Origin: Eledone cirrhosa
Taxonomy: Eukaryota
Length of the DNA stretch: 64,000 nucleotides
NCBI GenBank assembly: GCA_964016885.1
Contig: OZ024742.1
Location: 290,284,001 to 290,348,000 of the forward strand
Direction of reading: 5' to 3'
The position numbers were made by a program, and so were the translations under genes. The notes beneath the pieces were generated by a model. That model searched no databases and was not told where the DNA came from. It saw only the letters and a program-made list of their open reading frames with translations. This document shows positions 12,121 through 25,353 of the stretch, piece by piece; within the stretch, counting starts at the first letter, position 1, and the number at the start of each line of letters is the position of its first letter.

Positions 12121-13949
12121 GTAAGTATCAATTAAATACCATATCATCACCATCATCAACGTCTCCACCACCACCACAACCCCCACTACCACCACCATTG
12201 TCATTATTGCCATCATTATTTTCCATTCACTTTCTATGTTGGCATAAGTTGGACAGATTGTCAGGGTTTGAGCTTTAAGAATCTCTTCAACAAACATAAC
12301 ACTAGATGACTGGTTACCAAAGTGGGTTCTGCCGAACTCAAGGGTTCCGCAAAGGTGTGTCTGGGATTCCATGAAAATGGTAGAGGAGTATATTTGTATT
12401 ACAATCATATAACAGTATTAGACTTTGGGGTTCCCCAAATGTTTCTGCACCTAAAAGTGTTCCGCGTTTGAAAAGGTTTGGAAAAGCCTGCACGAGATGA
12501 AGAAATTCATTAAATTTAGAGGATTAATGAATGACAGATATTTGAATAGATTGGTAGACCAAGCCATATATGAATATAGACCTGAATACAATGGAACACA
12601 AACTTCAGGCACCATAGCTATTAAAAATACACAAACTGGACATAAAGTATACTACTCTCGGATCCAAAATGATAGGGAATAAGCCGGGAAGGTCAGTAAC
12701 TTTTCTAGGTTGTCTCCATCGATTTTTTAGAAAACCAGTATTAGTTGTTTCGTTTACATATTGAGACACCAAACCATCGTATTCATTCTATAATGTATGG
12801 GATTTCTAGTAATGAAATTTTTCTTCTCATGTATAATGTTTTTTAATGTCTAAAGAAAATTAATTGTCGCAGGAATGCTACTTAAAATAAAATTTCACCA
12901 GGGATAGAGTAGGATAATTTAATAAGCAGGGGATTGGAAAAAAACTGAAAAATTAATAAGTGGTGGGGGATGATTATTTGAGACACCTGAGAATATATGA
13001 ATTAAATGTATACAAACTACAAGACAGATGAATATGTAATCATAAATTTGCATCACACCAAACCATAAATTAACAGTTTCAATGTACTAAAATGAATAAA
13101 CTCATTATTAACAGTATACAAACCTTGAAATGAATAACACGATTTATTCATTTGGTTACAAAAATGAAAGTTATAAACTTCATGAAAACAACTGTTACAT
13201 TGGCCATTGATGTATAACACATACATGAATGCTCACCATCCATTTACAAGAACGAGAAATAGCAGCACACTACACCAGCCACCATAAGAGTGAGACCAGC
13301 CAAGCTTATGGATGTTATCCAACTATCTTGCTTGGGGTCTACCTTGAGTCTCCTGCCGGTTGATTTTGTCTGTAAAATTTGTCCAGCATTTCTTTCCTGA
13401 GACATTCTTACCACATGCCCATAGTATTGAAGCTGTGATGTAGTGTCTCTACCTGGCGTGCCTCTCTGATCTCCGACCTACAACTTTATCGAGTACCATT
13501 ACTCCAAAGACCTTTCAGCAGAACCCTATTTTGGCCACTTGTATTTGCGATCGTATTCTTTCAGTCCTAATGCAAGATTCATGGTCATAGGTAAGGGTTG
13601 GCACAGAAATCAAATTGAAGATAGCGATTTTGGTTTTTATACCGGCCTCCCTTTTTCTTATTACTGAATGCTGAAGTGGCGCATTACTGCATCAGCTCCT
13701 GCGATGCTTGCACTTAATTTAGCCTCTTGCCTTCCATCACTCATCACAGAAGAAAAACGTGTTTCATTGCTGCAAACATCCCTGTCCCATGAAACTCTTT
13801 TCCTTCTAACATAGTTGGTTCTGCAGCTAAACTTTCAAACTTTTTCTCATTGCCAAGACAATGCTTTCTGATTCCTATTCCATGAATAATAAATATTTCC
13901 ATGGTTGTCATTCTACCAAGCTTTCTTCATTTGATCATCCTATTATTGT

Positions 13950-15270
13950 TGCTAACCATTTTACATGTCTCTTGCTAACCATTTAAACATCTCTTGCGAA
14001 CCATTTGACATCTCTTGTTAACCATTTGACATCTCTTGTTAACCATTTGACATATCTTACTAACCACTTGACATATCTCTTGCTAACCATTTGACACATC
14101 TCTTGCTAACCATTTGACACATCCCTTGCTAACCACTTGACACATCTCTTGCTAACCATTTGACATATCTCTTGCTAACCACTTGACACATCTCTTGCTA
14201 ACCATTTGACATATCTCTTGCTAACCATTTGACATATCTCTTGCTAACCACTTGACACATGTCTTGCTTACCATTTGACATATCTCTTGCTAACCATTTG
14301 ACATATCTCTTGCTAACCATTTTACATATCCCTTGCCAACCATTTGAAATATCTCTTGCTAAGCATTTGACATATCTCTTCCTAACCATTTGACATCTCT
14401 TCCTAACCATTTGACATCTCTTGCTAACCATTTGGCATATTTCTTGCTAACCATTTGACATACTTCTAGCTAACCATTTGACATATTTGTTGCTAACCAT
14501 TTTACATCTCTTGCTAACCATTTGACATATTTCTTACTAACAAATTGACATCTGCTGCTAACCATTTGACATATCTCTTGTTAACCATTTGACGCATGTC
14601 CTGATAACCATGTGACGTATCTCTAGCTAACCATTTGACCTATCTCTTGCTAGCCATGTGACCCATTGATATATCTCTTGCTAACCATCTGACACATCTC
14701 TTGCTAACCATTTGACATCTTTTGCTAACCATCAGACACATCTTTTGTTAACCATATGACATCTCTTGCTAACCATTTCACATCTCTTGCTAACCATTTC
14801 ACATCTCTTGCTAACCATTAGACACATCTCTTATTAACCATATGACATCTCTTGCTAACCATTTCACATCTCTTGCTAACCATTTGACCTTTTTTGCTAA
14901 CCAAGAGACACATCTCTTGCTAACCATTAGACACATCTCTTTCTAACCATTTGACATCTTTTGCTAACCATTAGATACATCTCTTGTTAACCATTAGATA
15001 CATCTCTTGTTAACCATTTGACATCTCTTTCTAACCATTTGACATCTCTTGTTAACCATTAGACCTCTTTTGCGAATCTTTTGACATCTCTTGCTAAGCA
15101 TTTGATACATCTCTTGCTAACCATTTGACATCTCTTGCTAACCATTTGAAACATCTCTTGCTAACCATTTGAAACATCTCTTGCTAACCATTAGACACAT
15201 CTCTTGCTAACCATTAGACACATCTCTTGCTAACGATTTGACATATCTCTTGCTAAACATTTGACACATT
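13950..15270. repeat. 19-23 bp minisatellite (CATCTCTTGCTAACCATTTGA[CA])n
   Basis: About 60 tandem variant units. Confidence 0.95.
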
Positions 15271-15672
15271 TCTTCACTGATTCTCATTCTCCCTCTGTGG
15301 TTGTTTTCCTCTTTCCTCAAAAGTCTTTCTTATGGATTTCTCTTCAGTCTTCTTGTTTCCTATGATAGATATAATTTTAAGTGTTTTAAATCTTCTGCTC
15401 ATTGTTTCCTGATTTCAAAGGCAGCATCTAATTAGGTATAGTTTTTTTCTTCTTTTCTTTTGTAACTGGCAACAAACAAACTGTTTGCTTGACACTTGCG
15501 GTATTGCTGGTTACTGCCTTGTTGGGACTTACTGTATTGCTGGTTACTGCCTTGTTGGGACATGCTGTATTGTTTGGACTTGCTGTAGGTTACTTACTGC
15601 CTTGTTGAAAGAGACTTACAAAAACATTATTGTAAGATGTCATTGTAAAATATTAAACTTTTTTTTTTTTAG

Positions 15673-15900
15673 GTATTGCAGTGTTTAGTTAACATAATAA
15701 TCACTTGTCTAAAAGCTGCTGAGGAAATGGGAGCCAAAAGCATTGCATTCCCTATATTAGGGTCTGGAGAATTGAAGTACCCTCTTGACAAACTACCTTC
15801 AACCATGTATGAAGCAGTGAAAACATACTCACATAGAAATACAAGTCATATTGATGTTGTCAACTTTGTTATTTTACCTAAAGATTCAAACATAATAAAG
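15673..15900 (+). CDS. PARP14: Macro-PARP exon E, macrodomain 2 C-terminal half
   Basis: Poly-T-ag acceptor, gttggt donor, 228 nt. Encodes CLKAAEEMGAKSIAFPILGSGELKYP...VNFVILPKD. Confidence 0.88.
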
Positions 15901-16190
15901 GTTGGTTGATCTATTTTGTTTTCATTGTTTATGTTAACTCTTAATAGAGTAGAAAATATCTAAAATCTGCTTTGTTAATTCAAATATTTCTATCTTTGCT
16001 AGTGGACATATTGTGAAAATTTGCAGTTGTAGAAGACTAAATCATTTTTTACTCTTATTATCATGTAATTATTTAGAAGAAAAATATCTAGAAATGGATT
16101 TGTTAATTCAAATGTTTATTGGTGGACAGTGTGTTGTTAACATTTTCAGTCTTAAAGACTGTAATTTTTAATGTAATTTAGGCATAGTTA

Positions 16191-18917
16191 TCTATATATA
16201 TAAAACTGATGTCTGTGTGCCCTCATTTTTGCAAAGTCTATACAAATCCACATTTCTACTCCGATTGACTTGAAACTCGCATTTATATATTCCTTGTGGT
16301 GTAAAGATATTAACTGCCGCTTTTTTAAAATCTATTTTCTGTTGTTAAAGGGTGTTAGGCGTCGGTTATCCATCTCCGTCGCGCTCTAATAATATCTGTC
16401 TGTATGCCTGGCTGTCTGCATAACGTCATTGCTGACGTATTATCTTCGCTACATTCACACACAGACGCGCGCGCGCACATATATATATATACATATATAC
16501 TTATATATACATATATACATATATACTTTCTTATATACATATATACTTATATATACATATATACATATATACTTTCTTATATACATATATACATATATAT
16601 TTTCTTCTCAACTCTCCACCCCACCCTTCGGTTCATTCATCTATATATCTTATAATCCCCCAGAATCAAAAAAAAATTGTATTCATAATTGTCTTTCTGT
16701 AATTCTGTCTCACTGTTCTAAAAATCTTCTCCATGTTGTTCTAAATATTCCCGCAACCATTTTGGCCGAATAATTTTGCCAGGATTCATAGAAATGGCCT
16801 CTCTCTCTCTCTCGGCCCGCTAAAATCGCCTCTCACCTCTCACTCTCTCACTATCATATACGCCGCTCTCTCACTCCCCCTCACTCCCTGCCAACTAAAT
16901 ATAAATAAGTCTTGTTACGGGGGACAAAACTCAGAATTTGTCAACTATTATGATGGTCGGTCGGTCAGTCTACTTCTAAGAAATGTAACGTACATATCTC
17001 ATTTTCTTCTCAACTCTCCACTCCACCCTTCGGTTCATTCATCTATATATCTTATAATCCCCCAGAATAAAAAAAAAATCGTATTCATAATTGTCTTTCT
17101 ATAATTCTGTCTCACTGTTCTAAAGCTAAATAATTTCTATAATTTCTTTAGTCAAACTACGGCGATAGCTTACATTTATAATTTCAAACTGGCTCGCTGT
17201 TTCGAAAATATTCTTACTTGATATATATACAGATACATTGTAGGTTGCTTTAACCCGTCTTTTATTATTCAAAAAACTTCTTGCCAATAAACATTAACCC
17301 TTTGTGCGCCACTCATCTAACTGTAGACCAACAAATACAAAAAAATGGAGCGTTGACAAGAACGATGGCGAATGAATGTTCGAGATAAGCAGTTTCCTCC
17401 CGAGCTGTTAGTTCACGCGGGATTCTCTGCTACACCTTTTCGTAATAATACCGAACAACGTACTGCTGGTCACTCCTTCCTCCAAAAGCCGTACAAAGCA
17501 TCGCTCTCTCTCTCCCCCTCTCTCTCTCTCTCTCTCACTCTCTCACTCTCTCTCTCTCTCACTCTCTCACTCTCTCTCTCTCTCACTCTCTCTCTCTATA
17601 TATATATATTACTTCAAAATATTAATAAATATAGACATTCATGTGATCAAATATATTTTATTATACATATTTCAGAGGTACTGAGCTATATCATCAGTAC
17701 GTCCTCATCAGATAAAATAAATTGATGTCTGACATAACTCAACTGTGCTGATGGTTCAATTCCAGTCTTGGCAGTATTTGGCAGACAGCAATTTATTTTA
17801 TTTGATGAGGACGTACTGATGATATAGCTCAGTACCTCTGAAATATGTATAATAAAATATATTTGATCACATGAATGTCTATATTTATTAATATTTTGAA
17901 GTAATATTAATAACTCCAGAAAACCTTTTTTGTCGAGTGGTTCTAATCTATTGTAAAACTTTATTCATTGATTACTCAATGAACCTTGTTAAACTTTTGG
18001 TTTTATATATATATATATATATATATATTTGTTATAAGAACAGATTAAAGAATCACTGCTTTCAACATTAACGGGATTTTCTAAAGCTAAAAAATTTAAT
18101 CTGTGAACGCAGAAGTAAATATTTCGAGAAACGTTGCAACTGAAGGAAAACAGGAAGACGATATTTTGGTTTGTGAAGACGTTCCCTAACAATAAATGGA
18201 AAAAAAGCGAGGATAATATGTCATTATGTGGACTGAGAAGAACAATTTCATGCAAAGACAAGACCAAGTTTATGGTATAAATGGAGTCGTTAGACTAATA
18301 TTCTATTTAAAATAACCGAATGATTTCCAGCCCCGGAGTTTAAGAATGATGTAAATAAAATTGAAAACGAAAATGACAGAGGTTATTAAAATAGTAAAAG
18401 TAAATAGGGAAGATTTAGGCCAGTACATATGTATGCGCCGACGGGCATACACATACATATACATACACACACGCACGAACGCACGTGTGTGTGTAAGACT
18501 TATGCATTTCTACAGTATTTTCACCAAACTTAAGACATAAGTTACTTATGTACTCCGGATGGTCATGGGCACTTTTATTTTTCCAGATATTGATTATAGG
18601 GCTTCCCGGCAGATAACCCCCTTCAACCGCTTCCTTGGAGTTGACTGAAGCACTGCAGTGCAATGTAACAAAACGTCATAACTTCTGGAGTTCGCAACCG
18701 ATTTTCACAAAACTTGACACATGGGCTACGTTTGTTCTACAGATGAATGTGAATTGGCACATATTGAGTAGGAGACCCCCTGGGGGCAGGAACCCCCTTT
18801 GGGAAAAAGCCGATGATTTTGTAAAAGTATAGTTTTCGAATCAGCACTGAAGTATTGACATAAATGGTATACATAACTGCTATTTAATACCCGAGCAACG
18901 CCGGGTACCTCTGCTAG
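16191..18917 (+). mobile_element. Non-autonomous Helitron
   Basis: 5' end A|TCTATATATATAAAA; 3' hairpin ACCCGAGC-AAC-GCCGGGT followed by CTAG|T; no TSD; mosaic, microsatellite-rich interior. Confidence 0.8.
17606..17907. repeat. Long inverted repeat with a hammerhead-ribozyme-like motif in each arm
   Basis: Arms of about 125 bp. TATTTTAT-(C/T)TGATGA-stem-GAAA-TATGTA-TA-ATAAAATA occurs on each strand. Confidence 0.75.
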
Positions 18918-19171
18918 TATTTTATACATTTGAAGAATGCCTTGCAAATGTGGTTTTATGCAGTACATGATGTTAAGAGTTAATGTGATGCAGTCCTACT
19001 GTTCTGTTATACTTTTCAAGAACATGTTGCCAATGCAGTTTCCTGAACTGTACGACATGCAAAGTTAATTTGAAAATAAAATTTATCCCTTTGTGCTCCA
19101 TTATTCTATTTGCAAACATCTAAAATCAAAATGGAAGTAAACATGATTCTATTTATTATTTCTTCTAACAG

Positions 19172-19259
19172 AAATTTGACGAGTATTTTATATGTCACGT
19201 GATGGATACAAGTGGAGCTATTTCAAACACGGAAGAAAGGAATGCATTTATATCAGAGG
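19172..19259 (+). CDS. PARP14: Macro-PARP exon F, last helix of macrodomain 2 and linker
   Basis: tcttctaacag acceptor, G|gtaaag donor, 88 nt, phase 0 to 1, which bridges exons E and C' in frame. Encodes KFDEYFICHVMDTSG...SEG. Confidence 0.7.
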
Positions 19260-19814
19260 GTAAAGTATTTGTTACTTAATTCTGAATATTATTATTAAGA
19301 GGACTTTAAAGAGTTGTCAAGGGCACAACAGCCACTCTAGTGTTGGTGATATGATAAATGCACCAAGTAAATTCAGTAAAGTGGTTAATGATAAGAGGGG
19401 GATCCATCCCTAGAAAACTTGTCAAACAAGGAGCCAGGAGGATTCTTTAGTTGTGTTGAAGACATGACAACCTCCCAAGTACTGGTGTCAAGATAAAATG
19501 CACCCGATGCACTCTGAGGGTATAGGAATATATGTAAATGAGAGATAGGCTCTCAGCCCATCTGAGAGGTAAGTAGTTCCAGTTAAATACTAATTTAGTC
19601 TGTGACAACCTATCCAAACCTTGTTATCAGGAAAAATGGATGCTAAATGTTGATGATGATAATTAACATGCCATTTGTATTAAACATTACTGTTATTATA
19701 TATAGCATCATCAGCATCATTTTATGTCTGTTTTTCATGCTGATATGAGTTGGACAGGCTGTTCATTTCACTGTGGAACCAAGGCTATCACTTTACAGAA
19801 TGGCTGCGTGCATT

Positions 19815-20313
19815 TTATCATGGGAGTTGCACAAAGTGATCATTGCATTACAATGCCTGTGTGTGAAGTGCAATACTGCGTAGTAGTGAAACATGGACTG
19901 TGACTGCAGAGGGCATGTGTAGACTGGAGAGAAATGAAACAAACATGCTCTGTTGGATATGTAGTGTAAGTGCAAGAGAGAGGCAGAGCTAGGTTTAAGA
20001 GAAATGTGAGGTAGTGTGCAGGAGAGAAGACTGCATTGGTTTGGACATGTGATGAGCATGGACAATGATCATTGGGTGAAGAAGTGCTAGGAAATGCCTG
20101 TGGGAGGAAATAACGGTAGAGATAGACCAAGAAAGACCTGGACAGAGGTTGTGAAAGCTGACTTCAAATCACTGAGATTTACAGAGGTGATGATAAAGGA
20201 TTGCATTGTGTCGAGATGCCATATTGAGGAGAAACCATCCAACCCATACAAGCGTGGAAAAGCGGATGTAAAATTAATGATTATTATGATGATGATGATG
20301 ATGATGATGATGA
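19815..20313 (+). mobile_element. RTE 3' fragment
   Basis: RRL.WFGHV and GRDRPRKTW motifs, (GAT)n tail. Confidence 0.8.
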
Positions 20314-20664
20314 TAATATATATAGTTAGAAATAGAAGCTTTCATCGCATTTTAACCAAAGAAAATTATACTTACTACAAATATATAGTTTATAATTTGA
20401 ATGGAAAGGGATGGGTGATGTATTAGTGTAATGGCAGCACATTGGTTTGGATAACCAAAGATGTAGGTTCAACTCCCGTATATGTCAATACTCATTTTTT
20501 CCCATTTAGAGGGTTTTAAACTCCACTATCAGACTAATTTTCTTTAGTCAAAATGCAGTGAAAGCTTCTATTTCTAACTCAATTTCAAACTTCACTCGAC
20601 GTCTTCAAAACAACTTGCTTGCTTTCATATATATATATATATATATATACACACAAACACACTA

Positions 20665-21730
20665 TAACTGGCATTAATTGTTGTAAGGGAAAAGGTGATG
20701 CTCAAGATAGGAACAATAATGGAGGCATAAAACTGATGTATCAAGTTAGGAATGTGACAGGAAGTATTGGCACAACCAATTAGGGAAAGAGTCAAATTTG
20801 ATGTGATGCATTTTAGTTTTGTGCCAAGAAGGAGTACTACAGATGCTATCTTAGTGAGACAACTGCAAAAGAAGCTACATGTAAGCTGCTATCTTTTGTA
20901 GATCTGAAAAATGCCTTTGATTGAGTAACACAGTTTGTTATCTGGTGATGTTTAAGGAAACTGGGAGTAGATGAGTGGCTTGTAAAAGCAGTCCAAGCCA
21001 TATACAGAGGTGCTGTCAGTAAAGTGGAAGTGGTTAATTCAATGTACAGTTGGGTCTTCATCAAAGCTCATTCCTCTGCCTCCTCCTGTTTGTTATAGTT
21101 CTCCAGGCTGTAACAGAGGAGTTTCAGACTGGCTGTCTATGGCAACTTCTATATGCATATGATTTAGTTCTTATTGCTGAATCATAAGAAGAGCCTGAAA
21201 AGAAATTCCTGCTGGAGAAACAGAATTTAGAATGAAAAGGGTCTAGATTAAATATAGCAAAGACCAGTCTTAGTAAATAAGAAAGAAGACAAAACTCTGA
21301 TTCTATGAAGGAAGTGCCTGTGCTTGATGTGTAGAAAAAGAGTAGGTAGGAACTCCGCATGATGTACACAATGTAAAACATGGATACAGTGGGATACCTG
21401 ACAGGTGTAGTTTGTAGTTAGTGCAACATTGAAATAAACTTTTTCCTATCTTGGGATGATTCAACAGAGGTACTGGGTAGCTTCTGTTACTTAGGTAACT
21501 TAATTAGCTGTGAAGTATAGTGTCTGGAATAAGAACAGGTTGGAAAAAATTTTAGGGGTAAAGGGTTGATTATATGATAGCTGCATGAGAAATGTGATGT
21601 TGCTTGGCAGAGAGATATGGGCAATGAATGCAGAGGATATTTGGAGGCTGGAGAGAAATTAAGTGAGGATGCTCTGTTCGGTCTGTATTGTTAATGTGCT
21701 TGAACAACAAAGCATAGATGAGCTGAGAAT
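20665..21730 (+). mobile_element. Old degenerate RTE RT fragment
   Basis: Decayed matches to CCKGKGDA, FVDL.NAFD and LGVDEWLV of the intact copy. Confidence 0.75.
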
Positions 21731-21989
21731 TAGATATAGTACTATTTTACATGTTTTTAATAATATGCCTCAATCTGTTGGACCCTTTCTAAAAACTAAC
21801 CTTCTCCTAAAGTTACCCATTTCCCCCTCCCAATACCACCATTGCTATTTGGTACAATCATAACTCAGCGGTTTATAGTAAGTTCTCTTACCAATCTCTA
21901 TAGCAAAACCACCACCTCGGTTATTACTCCTTATGTTTAGACCTGGTTGCCTTTCGGTTTGCTAAATGGACTGCAGAATTTGGAGAGTC

Positions 21990-24900
21990 TGAACACTCAA
22001 TGACAATGTCACAGATAAAGATAAATTCACCTTCCACTGCCAGACGAGAATGCAAGGACTCCTCTTTATTTCAGACATGGATGACCAACATAATTCTGTC
22101 TCCCACAGCCCTCCCTGCGCTCCCAACCCATCCATTCCACCCACCCAACGAAATCCAAAACTTCAGAGTTGGTACCATGAACGTAGGCACATTGAAAGAT
22201 CACTGAAATGAGGTTGTAGAGATGCTTGAACATAAGGAAGTTGATGTTTGTTGTGTTCAAGAGACTAGGTGGAAGGGTGGGTCTGCTAGATTCATTGTGG
22301 GTAAAAAACGAAGCTATAAACTTTTCTGGGTGGGAAATGATAATGGGCTGGGGGGAGTAGGAATTATGTTAGCTGAAAATGTGTAGATAAAGTAATTGCC
22401 GTAAATAGAGTGAATGACAGAATAATTAAAATAAAACTAGTTCTAAATAGAACTACTGTGACAATAATATCCGCTTGTGCACCCCAATCTGGCCTACTTG
22501 ACGTTATAAAAGACAGGTTCTATGAGTCGCTAATGCTCACTACCTCCCAAATAACCGACACTGACTACTTAATTATTGCTGGTAACCTTAATGGATTATA
22601 TCCTTACTAGAAGACGTGACAGAGTGTCTGTTGTAAACACTAAGTCCCTCCTCCATGAAGAATGTGCCTCCCAACATAGCCTAGTAGTTAGTGACCTCAT
22701 AGTCAGGACTAGACGCACTCAATGACAGAGGAGGACTACCTTGAGGAGAAGAATATGGAAGTTAAAGGACCCCACAACCAGTGACAAATTTAAAAGCTTA
22801 TTACTTGATGCTTTTTGAAAGTAAGGAAGAGCAATTAGAGACGTACAATATAGAGGAACAGTGGGTATTCCTGAAAGTTAACCTGCTTGAAGGCAACAGA
22901 TGAAATCTGTGGCTAGAGCAGACCTATAGGCAGGAGGAGAGTAACTTGGTGGTGGAACAGGAAGATGGAGGAGACAATCAAGGCCAAAAAGCAGGCTTCG
23001 AAAGTATGGTGAGATGGGGCAAATAGAGAACACTATCAAGTGGCCAGGAGAGAAGTTATGGGACAAGTGTACCTAGCAAAAAGGGAAGCAGAGGATAGAA
23101 AGTTCAAGCATGTTCTACAACGTGAGGTGTTCAGGATTGTGAGACAATGTGTCAAAGAAAATTGTGATATTGTCGGGAGAAGTGTGTCCGTAATGATGAT
23201 GGTGTACTTGCCCTCACTTACACTGATAAGAAGATAGCTTGGAAGTGTCACTACGAGAGACTACTAAATGAGGACAATAAATGGGAAAAAGATCCAATAG
23301 AGGGACCAGCGGTGCAAGTTAGTGGTTGTATAATAAGTAAGGCAATCAAAGATGTGAAGACGGGGAAGGCGGCTGGGCCTTCGGAGATAGTTGCTGAGAT
23401 GTTGAAAGCATCTGGAATGATGGGACATACTATGGTCACCTGGATAGTAAACCAAGTAATACAGAATGGGGTCATACCAAAGGACTGGCATAGCAGCAGC
23501 ATCGTTAACTGCTACAAGGGTAAAGGAGATGCTCTAGATAGGGGAAACTTTAGAGGCATTAAGTTAGTTGACCAGGTCTTGAAGATCACATTAAAGAGTT
23601 ATAGCACAACTAATCAGAGATCGAATTGATCTAGATGAAATGCAGTTTGGGTTTGTGTCAGGTAAAAGTACCACAGATGCTCTTTTCCTTGTACGACAAC
23701 TACAGAAGTACCTAGCTAAAAATAATAACCTCTACTTAGCTTTTGTTGACTTGGAGAAAGCCTTTGACAGATTCCCACGCTCTATTATCTGGTGGGCCCT
23801 TAGAACACTAGGAGTAGATCAATGCCTTGTGAGAGCTATACAAGCCATGTATAAAGATACAGTCAGCAAGATTAGAATTTACAATGCATATAGTGAAGAA
23901 TTTAGCGTAAATGTTGGTGTTCATCAAGGCTCTATCTTTATCCCTCTCCTGTTTATTATTGCCCTTCAGGCTATAACAGAGGAGTTTAAGACCGGCGGCC
24001 CAATGGAACTTCTATACGCAGATGATCTAACTCTCATAGCTGAATCTATGGCTGAACTAGGGAAGAAATTCCAAACATGGAAGATTGGCCTAGAATCAAA
24101 AGGCCTTAAAGTTAACTTGTCTAAGACTAAAGTTCTAGTATATAGAAATGAAAATGGGAAATGGCCATGCTCAGTGTGTAGGAAAGGAGTAGGTAGAAAT
24201 TCCATTCTATGCCCCAAATGCAAACATTGGGTACATAAAAGATGTAGTGGGATCTCAGGCAAGCTATCTAAGAATGTAGATATTATATGTGGCCGATGCT
24301 CAGGTGCAATAAGTAGCAAATGCCCACTGGATACTAGCTCCTTCAACTGCCCAGATGGTTTTATAGAAATAGTTGATACTTTCTGTTACCTGGGTGACAA
24401 AATCAGCAGTGGTGGAGGGTGCTCTGAAAGTACAGTAGCCAGAGTTAGAACGGGATGGACAAATTTCAGAGAGCTTATACCGCTGTTGGCCACAAAATGT
24501 TTCTCTCTGAAAATGAAAGGCAGATTGTATGATGCTTGTATACGAACAGCAATGTTACATGGCAGTGAGACATGGGCATTGTGTGCAGAGGATCTGCCCA
24601 GACTGGAAAGGAACGAAGCATGGATGCTCCATTGGATGTGTAATAGTAATATACACGAACGGCAAAATGAACTAAGTGAGAAATTAGGAATAAGAGGGAT
24701 CAGATGCTGTTTACTTGAGAGAAGATTACGTTGGTATGGTCACATGATGCGCACGAAAGATGACAGCTGTATAAAAAAGTGAAGGGTGTTCAAAATTAAT
24801 TGAAGTTATAGAGTAGGTAGACCCAGAAAAACCTGGGACGACATGATAAATTCCGACCTTGCACACTTGTACCTCTGTAAGACAAAGTCACTGGATCTGA

Positions 24901-25033
24901 AGATCTTTGGTGCCACACAGTAATACAGAAAACCCACCTTCCCTATGTACAAAGTTAACCTACAGTCAGTAGGCCCCTCCAAACCAAACATACACCCCAA
25001 CTACCACTACTGCATTAAACAATGATGATGATG
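21990..25033 (+). mobile_element. RTE-type LINE, near full-length, degenerate
   Basis: APE start (FRVGTMNVGTL), RT ORF piece 23640-24782 with YADD, stops and frameshifts, (GAT)n tail. Same family as the 39447 copy. Confidence 0.92.
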
Positions 25034-25167
25034 TGCAAGAAAGGAGATTGTGTTGGTATGGGCATGTGGTTCAAATGGTACAGAAATCCTAGTGTAAGAA
25101 AGACTGAGGAAAACCTGGGCAGAAGTTATGAGAGCAACTCTCCAAAGTAAGAACCTCACAGAGAAGA

Positions 25168-25353
25168 TAATTGTTTCTACATTTGGCACAAGGCCAGTAA
25201 TTATCCCAGTGCATTACTGGTACTTTATTTTATCGACCCCGTAAGGATGAAAGGCAAAGTTAACCTCAGCGAGATTTGAACTCAGAATGGCAAGGGCCGT
25301 AACTCTATGCGTCAAAGCATGGCTTCCGACCCTCTACTGATACTGCCAATCCA
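25168..25353 (-). mobile_element. SINE copy (minus strand)
   Basis: Reverse complement of the SINE unit. Confidence 0.85.

Noticed and set aside
13950-15270. CRISPR-like appearance of the short repeat arrays (also 61190-61952)
   Set aside because: Units are contiguous with no unique spacers, there are no cas genes, and the context is a eukaryotic intron.
16404-16773. Ile/Tyr-rich ORFs
   Set aside because: They are translations of TA/CA microsatellite.
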